Source of the DNA: an uncultured Gemmatimonadales bacterium
GTDB lineage: Bacteria; Gemmatimonadota; Gemmatimonadetes; Gemmatimonadales; GWC2-71-9
Length of the DNA stretch: 64,000 nt
Direction of reading: 5' to 3'
NCBI GenBank assembly: GCA_963695555.1
Contig: CAVOGR010000002.1
Span: 128,001 to 192,000, forward strand
The notes under the pieces are model-generated. The model had not been told where the DNA came from. It made no database searches and was given only the letters and a program-made list of their open reading frames with translations. Every line of letters begins with the position of its first letter. Positions within the stretch are counted from its first letter, which is position 1. The position numbers and the translations under genes are program-made. This document shows positions 1 through 8,168 of this stretch, in pieces.

Positions 1-619
1 TCTGAGTCAATCGCTCCCAGCGAAGCAAGTTGGCCGGTCGGCCCTGGCCATCCGCCTCCGGCTTGAGGCCTCTGCCGGGTGTTGCGCTTGGGATGAAGAT
101 GAGCTGTGCACCGTCGAGCGCCGCGAGGGTCGGCATCACCGAGTGCCACGCATCTTCGCAAATCAGAATGGCAGCTCGGCCCCACGCCGTGTCGAACGCC
201 TCGACGCTGTCCCCCGATTCGACAAAACGTTCCTCGTCGAAGACGCCATAGGTCGGGAGGAACACCTTGCGATGCACGTGCCGAATACCAGCCTCCGGAC
301 CGCCGAGCGAGGCGTATAGACCGGAGTTGTAAAACCGGTTCCGCCATACCTCGTAGAATCCGACGGAGATGTCCAGCGCCGGAGCCTTGGCCTGGGCATG
401 ATGCTTGGAGAGATCCTCGAACAGCTGTTCCGCCGACAGGGCCACGTCGCGGACGCCACCCTCGAGGAAGTAGCCGGTGAGTGCGGTTTCCGGCAGCGCC
501 AGCACCCCCGGGGGAGTCTGCCACTGTGCGACCTCGCGGAAGAGTCCCTCGAGATCCTCGAGGTTCTTGCGATAGGCGCCTTTCGTCGGGCGTAGCTGGA
601 CCAGCGCAATCTGGAGCAT
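1..619 (-). CDS. Nitrilase-family carbon-nitrogen hydrolase (partial, runs off the left edge)
   Basis: Translated by hand, absent from the ORF track: MLQIALVQLRPTKG...PETALTGY...HRKVFLPTYGVFDEER...ICEDAWH, giving the E-K-C triad. Confidence 0.9.
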   Translation of the reverse strand, partial: MLQIALVQLRPTKGAYRKNLEDLEGLFREVAQWQTPPGVLALPETALTGYFLEGGVRDVALSAEQLFEDLSKHHAQAKAPALDISVGFYEVWRNRFYNSGLYASLGGPEAGIRHVHRKVFLPTYGVFDEERFVESGDSVEAFDTAWGRAAILICEDAWHSVMPTLAALDGAQLIFIPSATPGRGLKPEADGQGRPANLLRWERLTQ

Positions 620-698
620 TGCCGCCTAATTTAGTCGAGAGGGCGCCTACCCGCCTCCTCGTGTGCCCTCGTCACCGCCCTACCAGGAGCCACGATTC

Positions 699-1088
699 AT
701 GCTTTGGTACATTGCCGTCGGCAGCGCCGTAGGCGGGGTCAGCCGATATGTGGTTGGCGGTTGGATGCAGCGCCTCACGAGCACCACCTTCCCCATTGGT
801 ACGCTCACGGTCAACGTGGTGGGCTCCTTCTTGCTCGGATTCTTCCTCCGGTACGCGACCGACGCCTCCACGCTGTCTCCCGAGATGCGCGGTATGCTCA
901 CCATCGGCTTTTGTGGCGGCTTCACCACGTTCTCGACATTCAGTCACGAGACCGTCAGCTTGATGGAGAGCGGGGACTGGAGAGGAGCGGCATGGTACGC
1001 AGCGCTCAGTGTCTTCATCGCGTTGGCTGCCATGCTTGCCGGCATCGCCAGCGCCCACGCGGTCATGGATCTGCGGCGCAGCATCTGA
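699..1088 (+). CDS. crcB: Fluoride efflux channel Fluc/CrcB
   Basis: FPIGTLTVNVVGSF and GFCGGFTTFSTF signatures; AGGAG before ATG 699. Confidence 0.95.
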   Translation: MLWYIAVGSAVGGVSRYVVGGWMQRLTSTTFPIGTLTVNVVGSFLLGFFLRYATDASTLSPEMRGMLTIGFCGGFTTFSTFSHETVSLMESGDWRGAAWYAALSVFIALAAMLAGIASAHAVMDLRRSI

Positions 1089-1137
1089 GCCACGCACAAC
1101 GCAACAAGTGCCCCCTGCCACCACTCGAGAGGCAACA

Positions 1138-1485
1138 ATGCACGGACTGACAGGTGAACGGATGCTCATGCGCATCCACATCGGCGAGCGGGACAAGCAC
1201 GACGGGAAGCCGCTGTATCAGGCAATCGTGGAGTTACTGCGAGCACGCGGGTATGCCGGCGCCACGGTGCTTCGTGCCATTATGGGCTTCGGAGCCAGCG
1301 CCCAAATGCATACGGACAAGGTTCTTCGTTTGTCCGTCGACCTTCCGATCATCGTCGAGTGCGTAGAAACGGAAGAGCGGATCCGAGAGATCCTGCCGGA
1401 GCTCGATCAAATGATCGGCGGCGGGCTGATCACGCTCGAACGCGCCCAAGTCATCGTCTACCGACCAGACCAAGGCTCGTCCTAG
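1138..1485 (+). CDS. DUF190 family (PII-like) protein
   Basis: MRIHIGERDKHDGKPLYQAIV...GATVLRAIMGFG...LSVDLPIIVE; common crcB neighbour. Confidence 0.9.
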   Translation: MHGLTGERMLMRIHIGERDKHDGKPLYQAIVELLRARGYAGATVLRAIMGFGASAQMHTDKVLRLSVDLPIIVECVETEERIREILPELDQMIGGGLITLERAQVIVYRPDQGSS

Positions 1486-1524
1486 CGGGAGCGCAGCTAC
1501 ACCCGGACCTGCCAAGCACTATTC

Positions 1525-1572
1525 CCAAAACAGAGGGGGCGGCTACGCTTGTTATCGCGTAACCGCCCCCCC
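1525..1572 (-). terminator. Rho-independent terminator between convergent genes
   Basis: Minus strand GGGGGCGGTTACGC-loop-GCGTAGCCGCCCCC followed by TCTGTTTT. Confidence 0.7.
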
Positions 1573-1603
1573 CACTGCGCGCCTCGCGGCGCTCCAGCTC
1601 AGC

Positions 1604-3283
1604 TCAATTGCGGCGCCGACTCCCGCCCCCGGACGAGGCTCCGCTCCGACTCGGGGCCCGGCCCTGGCTCACGGAACCGCGACTCGATGAGCCACGGCTA
1701 CTCGGCGCGCGCGACACCGACGGGGTTGGACGCGACACCGAGGGTCGGCTCACCGCCCGGCCCCGACTCGGAGTGCTCGCCCGCGCCGGCGTGCTCGCTC
1801 GCGGCTGCGAAGTCGAACGAGTCGTGGTCCTCGCCTGGGGGCGGGACACCGCGCGGGACGTCGCCGGCGCTTCCCGACCCGTCACCACCCGCCGTGCCGG
1901 AGTCGCACGATCCGCGGTCGTCCACCAGTCGCCGGTCCGGCGCTCGGCTTGGGTCACGCGCCGCCCTGAGGAGTTGGTCCGCGCTGGAGCGGCCTGACTG
2001 GGCTGGGCCCGCCGGGGCTCAGCCCGGCTCGGCGTCGACCGCTGGGGTGTCGCCCGCCGCGGCTCGGCCCTGCTCGGCGTCGACCGCTGGGGTGTCGCCC
2101 GCCGAGGCTCGGCCTTGCGCGGCTCGGCCCGGTTTGGGGTGGTCCGCTGCGGTGTTGCACGCCGCGGCTCGGCACCGTTCGTGGAATTCGGCCGGCTCGA
2201 TTGAGGGGCGACTCTCCGGCCATTCTCCGACTGCACCCGGCGGGCTTCGGAATTCCGGTCGGCTGGCGCCACGCGCCTCACCTGGGCATCGCGCGATCGC
2301 TGAATCGAGGGGCGCTGTCCAGTCGACAGGTCCGCGCTCCGACGCCGGTAATCCACCAAGTTGGTGGTGACCCGGCTCTGGCTCCGATTGCCGGTGGCGA
2401 TCGCCCGCCTGTTGCGGCTGTTGTCCGCGAATTGACTATCTCGGAATCGGTCATCCTTGAAGCGATAAGGATTCTGGTAGCGCGGCCAGGACGAGCGATA
2501 GCCGTAGCCGTTCCCGTAATACCCTGGGTAGTAGTACGTCGGGTAGTAGTAGGTCGGGTAGTAGTACCCTGGATAGTAGTAGCGTGGAGAGTAGTACCAT
2601 GGGTCGTAGTACCACGGGTCATAGTAGCGGCTTCCAAAGCCGATCCCGATGTGGATCCCGGTGCCGTAGTAACGCGAGCCGCAGTAGTAGCAACCGCTGT
2701 AGTAGGGATCCCAATAATCCCACGACGAGCGGAACACCGAGGGATACGCGTACTGCACCGGCTCGAGGATCTCGTAATACACCACGTCGTAGTCGAATCC
2801 GGCGCTGGATCCCATCCGTTGAACGATCTCGGTGAGCTCAGCTTCGGCATCCGAGGCAATGTTGGACACTCGCAGGTTTCGATAGTCCCAGTGATCGCCT
2901 ACCACGAAGTCGGTCACGCGGAAGGGGTCGATCGAGACCGCCGCAAGCACGGTCCCCGTCCCATTCGACTGCTCGATATAAAACGACTCACGATCGCCCC
3001 TACTCCGCACCTCATAGGTCTTTCCAGCGCGGACGTAGTTATCGTCGTTGGGATCGAGGGGAAACAGGACCCGCACCCGACCCTCGGGGTCGGCATGGAG
3101 TACCACCAAATATCCGTCCCGGTCGGTCCGGACTTCGACCCGGGCCTTATCGCCCCGCTCGTAATGCCCGCCCTGATTGAGCGAGATTCGAATCGGCGGG
3201 TCGCCCTGGATGGCGCTGCCGAGTGTCGGCGCCGCTGTCAGGGCTACCGGAACAAGAATGGACATGAGTGCCGAGGCTAACAT
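1604..3283 (-). CDS. DUF4384-like exported protein with Tyr/Pro-rich and Arg/Ser-rich tail
   Basis: GGGAGGA RBS before ATG 3283; hydrophobic N-terminus; YERGDKARVEVRTDRDGYLVVLHADPEGRVRVLFP; low-complexity C-terminal half. Confidence 0.75.
   Translation of the reverse strand: MLASALMSILVPVALTAAPTLGSAIQGDPPIRISLNQGGHYERGDKARVEVRTDRDGYLVVLHADPEGRVRVLFPLDPNDDNYVRAGKTYEVRSRGDRESFYIEQSNGTGTVLAAVSIDPFRVTDFVVGDHWDYRNLRVSNIASDAEAELTEIVQRMGSSAGFDYDVVYYEILEPVQYAYPSVFRSSWDYWDPYYSGCYYCGSRYYGTGIHIGIGFGSRYYDPWYYDPWYYSPRYYYPGYYYPTYYYPTYYYPGYYGNGYGYRSSWPRYQNPYRFKDDRFRDSQFADNSRNRRAIATGNRSQSRVTTNLVDYRRRSADLSTGQRPSIQRSRDAQVRRVAPADRNSEARRVQSENGRRVAPQSSRPNSTNGAEPRRATPQRTTPNRAEPRKAEPRRATPQRSTPSRAEPRRATPQRSTPSRAEPRRAQPSQAAPARTNSSGRRVTQAERRTGDWWTTADRATPARRVVTGREAPATSRAVSRPQARTTTRSTSQPRASTPARASTPSRGRAVSRPSVSRPTPSVSRAPSSRGSSSRGSVSQGRAPSRSGASSGGGSRRRN
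2005..2175 (-). repeat. 45-bp coding tandem repeat (AEPRRATPQRSTPSR units)
   Basis: Near-identical copies at about 2027-2070 and 2072-2115 with degenerate flanking copies. Confidence 0.85.
2520..2630 (-). repeat. 15-bp coding repeat (YYYPx/YYDPW pentapeptides)
   Basis: YYDPWYYDPWYYSPRYYYPGYYYPTYYYPTYYYPG. Confidence 0.85.
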
Positions 3284-3333
3284 CGTTCCTCCCGGCGAAA
3301 GCAAGAAAGACAACATCCTACTGCTCAAAGAGA

Positions 3334-3383
3334 GCTAGGACCGTGCCAATATCTAATCTATTGTAATACAATAACTTAGATAT
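3334..3383 (-). promoter_or_regulatory. Putative sigma54 -24/-12 promoter with adjacent 35-bp AT-rich palindrome
   Basis: Minus strand TGGCAC-GGTCC-TAGC has correct GG/GC spacing; palindrome ATATCTAA-TC-TATTGTA-A-TACAATA-AC-TTAGATAT at 3349-3383. Confidence 0.55.
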
Positions 3384-3451
3384 ATGAACCGCGGTCGATT
3401 TGTCCCACTTGGGGGACGTCCGGTCTACCCGAAGCAACACTGGATGATGCC

Positions 3452-3871
3452 TCAATCCTGGCGGATTTCCCGCCCTCCAGCCCAGCGATGCCAGTACATC
3501 CGCATTTCCGTGATCTTGGCATCGCGGGTCTCGCAGAACAGGGCCCCTCGGGCATCCACCCATTCGCCGGTGCGGCGGCGGCGGAAGACGAACTTGAATT
3601 CGGCCGAAAACCACGGGCCGACCGTGAAGACCTCGCCGACGCTAAATCGGCCCTCTGATTGATGATAGCCGATGTCTCGCCAATATTCGCGGATGGCGCC
3701 AATCCCCGTCCTGGACCGGGCGAATGGGGTTTCCTGGAACACCGCCTCGTCGGCGAAGACGGACAGCAAGAGATCGATGTCTTGCTTGGCCCACCCCTTG
3801 CCAAAAGTATCGACGAGCGATCGCCCTAATGCAGCCGTATCAATCGCTTCGTTCGGTGATGCTGCGGCCAC
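3452..3871 (-). CDS. SnoaL-like/NTF2 family protein
   Basis: WAKQDIDLLLSVFADEAVFQETPF...GIGAIREYW...KITEMRMYW. Confidence 0.85.
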   Translation of the reverse strand: MAAASPNEAIDTAALGRSLVDTFGKGWAKQDIDLLLSVFADEAVFQETPFARSRTGIGAIREYWRDIGYHQSEGRFSVGEVFTVGPWFSAEFKFVFRRRRTGEWVDARGALFCETRDAKITEMRMYWHRWAGGREIRQD

Positions 3872-3921
3872 ACCTGTGCTCCGGCTAGAGGGCCTCGACG
3901 GCCCGGGACCAATCGTTACGG

Positions 3922-6585
3922 ATGACTTGGAAACTACATCCCGCCGCCCTGCTCGCCATTGCCCTCAGTCTGACACCGGTCAGCGGCGGCAGTGCCCAGG
4001 ACACAGCCTGCCCGCCCGCAACCCATCGGCTCATCGCCTTGGCCTGGCCGGCATTTCGGGCCGACTCGATCGGAACGGCCGATCAATGGTTTGCCGCAGC
4101 TCGAACGCTGTGCCCGAAGAACGTCGAGGCAACCGTCGGCCTGGGATTTACCAGCCTTCGCCTGGGCCGGGCCGCTCGGGCCGACTCGCTGTTCCAGCGC
4201 GCGGTCTCGCTCGACAGCTCGAGCGTCGACGGCTGGATGGGGTTGGCCTTCTCTTCCGAACGAAAGGGCGACTTGACCGCAGCCGTCGGGGCAGCTGACC
4301 GGGTGCTCACGCTAGACCCGCAGCACCAAGAGGCCACCGCTCTCCGGAATCGGTTAGATCCTGACTGGAATCGTCCGGCCATCCGCCCCAAACCACGACC
4401 GGAGCGACTCCAGGTTGCTGCGCGAACCCAGGCCACACGCTTCGAAGTTCGGCGCGATTCGACTTGGACGCCGCTGTACATCAGAGGGGTCAATCTCGGC
4501 GTGGCTCTTCCGGGCAAGTTTCCGTCGCAGTTCCCGATGGATTCGGCGGTCTACGCCGGCTGGCTCGATACCCTGGCCACCATGCACGCCAACGCCGTAC
4601 GAGTGTACACTATCTTGCCGCCCGCGTTCTATCGAGCCCTTCGGGCCTGGAACGCGACACACCCTGACCACGTCCTCTGGCTAATTCACGGCGTCTGGAC
4701 CGAGTTGCCACCGGACCACGACTTCAACCATTCGGAGTGGATGCGGGCGTTTCAACGGGAGATGGAGCGCGTCGTCGATGTGATTCATGGCTCGACGGAG
4801 CTCGCGCCACGCCCGGGACATGCGAGCGGCAAGTACGACGCCGACGTGTCGGCGTGGACGTTGGCGTATATCATCGGTCGCGAGTGGGAACCGTTCGCGG
4901 TGCGGGCCTTCGACGAGCGGCACCCCGAGATCCGCTCATATGCGGGCCGCTACCTCCAGGTGGCTCAGGGCCCCGCCGCGGATATCTGGATGGCCGAGCA
5001 GTGCGACTACCTCTTGGGCTATGAAGTCGACACTTACAACGCGCTTCGCCCGATCGCCTACACCAACTGGCCGACGTTGGACCCGCTCGATCACCCTACC
5101 GAGCCAAACACGGCCGAGGAGCTGGCCTGGCGGGAAGCGGTGGGCCGTCCGGCCAAGTACATCCGGCAGGAGTACGAGAACGACGCCATCGGACTCGATG
5201 CCACCCGGGTTCAACCAACCGCAGCCAATCCCGCCGGCTGGTTCGCCAGCTATCATGCCTACCCCTACTATCCAGACTTCATGCTCTACGACCGCCGCTA
5301 CAATCGGGCGTCGTCGTCCGAAGGACGGTCGAACTACTTCGGCTATCTCGAGCGGCTCATCAACCACCACGCCAGCATCCCGGTGGTGATCGCGGAATAC
5401 GGCGTCCCCTCGAGTCGTGGCATGGCGCACCTCCAGCCGCAGGGATGGCATCACGGCGGTCACGATGAGGCCGAGATGGCCGCTATCGACGCCAGACTCA
5501 CCCGCGAAATCGAGGAGAGCGGAGCGGCGGGGGGCATCTTGTTCGCATGGATCGATGAGTGGTTCAAGCGCAACTGGGCCGTCATCGACCTCGAGATCCC
5601 GGCAAACCATACCCCCCGCTGGCTCAACGTGATGGATGCCGAGCAGCAATACGGAATCCTCGGCATGTACGCAGGCAAGGCAGAGGAGACTCCGGTCTTG
5701 GGAGGCGATGCTCAGCGCTGGCGCACCCTACCCATCATGCAGCAGAGCGATTCGGCGGCCGTCGATTCTGTGCTCACGGTCCGTGTGGGGGGTGACGAAG
5801 CGTTTCTCTACCTGGCGCTCGAATTGCCGACGTGGCTCCAGGGCCCATTCCCGTGGGATTCCTTGGGAATATTCATTGCCGTCGACACCTATCGCGCTGA
5901 TCAGGGACAACACCGCCTTCCTCACGACCTGGTTCGGAGCGACGTGGGTTTCGAGTTCCTGGTGGACCTCGACTCGACCGACAAGGGACAACTGCGGGTA
6001 GTGCCGGAGTACAACCCCTACCTCGGACCGGAAGCCATCGTCGACGGCGATGAACGCGGTGCGTTCTACCGGCGCCCAACCCGCACGGTATCCCGATACG
6101 ATGGGACATTCGAGCCACTCTTCGTCATTACCAACCGAGCCCGGTTCGCCCGGGATGGCACCTTTTTCCCAGCCACGGCCTATCCGCGTGGAGAGCTTCG
6201 ATACGGCACGGAACAGGCGTCTACCTTGTCCGATTGGTACGTCGACGAAGCCTCGCGACTGGTGGAAGTCCGTCTGCCATGGGCGCTCTTGAACGTGACC
6301 GACCCTTCGAATGCACGAGTCGTATACGAAGACAATGTCGACACCTCGATGGCGAATCCTCCCTTCGGGACGTCGCAGTCGGACGGCCTCCGCCTGGGTG
6401 CCCTGGTGTACCGTAAGGGCGGCCAGCCGGCGGTCGTGGCCGCCGCGCCATCGCTCACTTGGCCGGCACGATGGGAAGCGGAGCGATTCGTCACACGAGC
6501 GTGGGAGACCTGGTCGGAACCGACGTATCACCAGCGTCTCAAACCCGTCTACTTCACCCTGAAGGCGTTATGGGAAACCCAATGA
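3922..6585 (+). CDS. Exported TPR + clan GH-A-like (TIM barrel) glycoside hydrolase
   Basis: Signal peptide; TPR helices; IRGVNLG, NAVRVYTI, IIGREWE (acid/base position), SYHAYPYYP, VVIAEYG (nucleophile position). Confidence 0.7.
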   Translation: MTWKLHPAALLAIALSLTPVSGGSAQDTACPPATHRLIALAWPAFRADSIGTADQWFAAARTLCPKNVEATVGLGFTSLRLGRAARADSLFQRAVSLDSSSVDGWMGLAFSSERKGDLTAAVGAADRVLTLDPQHQEATALRNRLDPDWNRPAIRPKPRPERLQVAARTQATRFEVRRDSTWTPLYIRGVNLGVALPGKFPSQFPMDSAVYAGWLDTLATMHANAVRVYTILPPAFYRALRAWNATHPDHVLWLIHGVWTELPPDHDFNHSEWMRAFQREMERVVDVIHGSTELAPRPGHASGKYDADVSAWTLAYIIGREWEPFAVRAFDERHPEIRSYAGRYLQVAQGPAADIWMAEQCDYLLGYEVDTYNALRPIAYTNWPTLDPLDHPTEPNTAEELAWREAVGRPAKYIRQEYENDAIGLDATRVQPTAANPAGWFASYHAYPYYPDFMLYDRRYNRASSSEGRSNYFGYLERLINHHASIPVVIAEYGVPSSRGMAHLQPQGWHHGGHDEAEMAAIDARLTREIEESGAAGGILFAWIDEWFKRNWAVIDLEIPANHTPRWLNVMDAEQQYGILGMYAGKAEETPVLGGDAQRWRTLPIMQQSDSAAVDSVLTVRVGGDEAFLYLALELPTWLQGPFPWDSLGIFIAVDTYRADQGQHRLPHDLVRSDVGFEFLVDLDSTDKGQLRVVPEYNPYLGPEAIVDGDERGAFYRRPTRTVSRYDGTFEPLFVITNRARFARDGTFFPATAYPRGELRYGTEQASTLSDWYVDEASRLVEVRLPWALLNVTDPSNARVVYEDNVDTSMANPPFGTSQSDGLRLGALVYRKGGQPAVVAAAPSLTWPARWEAERFVTRAWETWSEPTYHQRLKPVYFTLKALWETQ

Positions 6586-8144
6586 GAGTCGCAGGTCTCT
6601 TCATTGCAGCAGCCCTGGCTGGTACCACAGACCTCGCGGCACAGGTTGGCCAGGGTGATGCGGCCTGGGCTGCCGGACGCTACCGGGAAGCCAGCGCGGC
6701 CTATCACCAGGCCTTGACCGACGACCCGGGGCAGGTCCGTGCCAATTACCGCTTGGCAATCTTGGCGTCGTGGGAGAACCGATTGGATTCGGCCCTGGTC
6801 CTCATCCAGCGAGCCCGTGTGATGGAGCAGGACGATCCTGACGTTCGCTTTGCCGAGGCGCTCATCCTCTCCTGGTCCGGCCGATTCGACGAGGCCATCG
6901 CCAAGTACGACAGTCTCCTCGGCGCCTTCCCCAGCATGCACGAAGCCGAGCTTGGACGCGCCCGCACCCTGTCCTGGGCCGATCGCATTCCAGATGCGGA
7001 CCGGGCTTATCTGGCCATGCTCGAGCGCAACCCGAACGACCTCGATGCGCTCGCGGGCCGGGCTCAGCTCGCCGCGTGGCAAGGCGATTACGAGACGGCC
7101 ACGGCTCGGTATCACGAGATCCTCGAGCGTGCGCCGACCAATGTGACGGCCAGCGTCGGCCTCGGGCGGGTGCATTACTACCAGGGGCGTTCACGCAGAG
7201 CAATCGACTATCTCGAACGGGCAAAGGCTCTCGAGCCAAACAATCGAGAAGTGCAAGAGTTATATACCACGATTCGGGCGGAGATCCGCCCGCAGGTCAC
7301 CATCACGGCGACATGGTCCGACGACTCGGATGACAACTCCAACTGGTGGCAGGATCTCAAGGGATCCTACTTGCTGGCCGACGGAGTTACCGGTTTCGGA
7401 TCGGTTGGATTGCTGCAGGCAAGCGACCCGCTTCGGAGCGCGAGCCGCACCATGGGCGAGGTGGGAGCAACCGTCGCGCGCGGTAGTTACCGTTTCACCG
7501 GCGCAGTCGGCCTCCGCCGGCTCGCTCCCGATGGCGCGCCCTCCCGAAGCAGCGGGAGCTATCGTCTCGGGGCCATGTACCGTCCGTCGCGACGGGTGTC
7601 CGGCGGGCTCGGCTTTGCCCACTACCCCTTCGACGAAACCGCCAACCTGATCGGCCGCAATCTCGATATTGACCAACTCGATGCCACCCTCGACATCGGA
7701 TTGACAGAGACGCTCTCGCTGAGCGCCGGCGGTGGGGCGGCGTGGGTGTCGGACAACAACAGTCGGGTGGCTGCAGTGCTTGCGCTCACGCAGACGATCC
7801 GGAAGCAGTTCTTTGTCGGGGCATTCGGCCGGGTCCTGGCCTACGATGCGCAGGCCCCGGGGTACTTCACGCCGGATCGCTTTAGCGTCGTCGAAATGCG
7901 CGGCGGGTATTCGGCCGCGTGGCATGGCTGGAGCACCCGAGTGAGTGCCGGCCTGGGCCTTCAGCAGGTGGGTAAGGGTAGCGACACCCAGAGCGAGTGG
8001 CACGCGGAAATGCGGATCTCCCGCAACTGGGCCGCGATCAATCAGGTGGAAGTGTTCGGCTCCATCACCAACAGCGCGGTGAGTTCCACTACGGGAGCGT
8101 TTCGATACGGGACAGTCGGCGCCAGCGTAAGGCTCGGCTTGTAG
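6582..8144 (+). CDS. TPR-repeat outer-membrane beta-barrel protein (PgaA/YaiO-like architecture)
   Basis: ATGA overlap with upstream gene; signal peptide; several TPRs with LSW motifs; alternating beta-strand C-terminal half ending VRLGL. Confidence 0.7.
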   Translation: MRVAGLFIAAALAGTTDLAAQVGQGDAAWAAGRYREASAAYHQALTDDPGQVRANYRLAILASWENRLDSALVLIQRARVMEQDDPDVRFAEALILSWSGRFDEAIAKYDSLLGAFPSMHEAELGRARTLSWADRIPDADRAYLAMLERNPNDLDALAGRAQLAAWQGDYETATARYHEILERAPTNVTASVGLGRVHYYQGRSRRAIDYLERAKALEPNNREVQELYTTIRAEIRPQVTITATWSDDSDDNSNWWQDLKGSYLLADGVTGFGSVGLLQASDPLRSASRTMGEVGATVARGSYRFTGAVGLRRLAPDGAPSRSSGSYRLGAMYRPSRRVSGGLGFAHYPFDETANLIGRNLDIDQLDATLDIGLTETLSLSAGGGAAWVSDNNSRVAAVLALTQTIRKQFFVGAFGRVLAYDAQAPGYFTPDRFSVVEMRGGYSAAWHGWSTRVSAGLGLQQVGKGSDTQSEWHAEMRISRNWAAINQVEVFGSITNSAVSSTTGAFRYGTVGASVRLGL

Positions 8145-8168
8145 CGCTCCTGGCCCGAGGGCTCAGAG

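Noticed and set aside
620..698. Fluoride riboswitch upstream of crcB
   Set aside because: The 79-bp divergent gap shows no recognisable crcB-motif core by eye; an Rfam scan would be decisive
2005..2630. CRISPR-like or non-coding repeat array
   Set aside because: Repeats are in-frame coding units without unique spacers, and there are no cas genes
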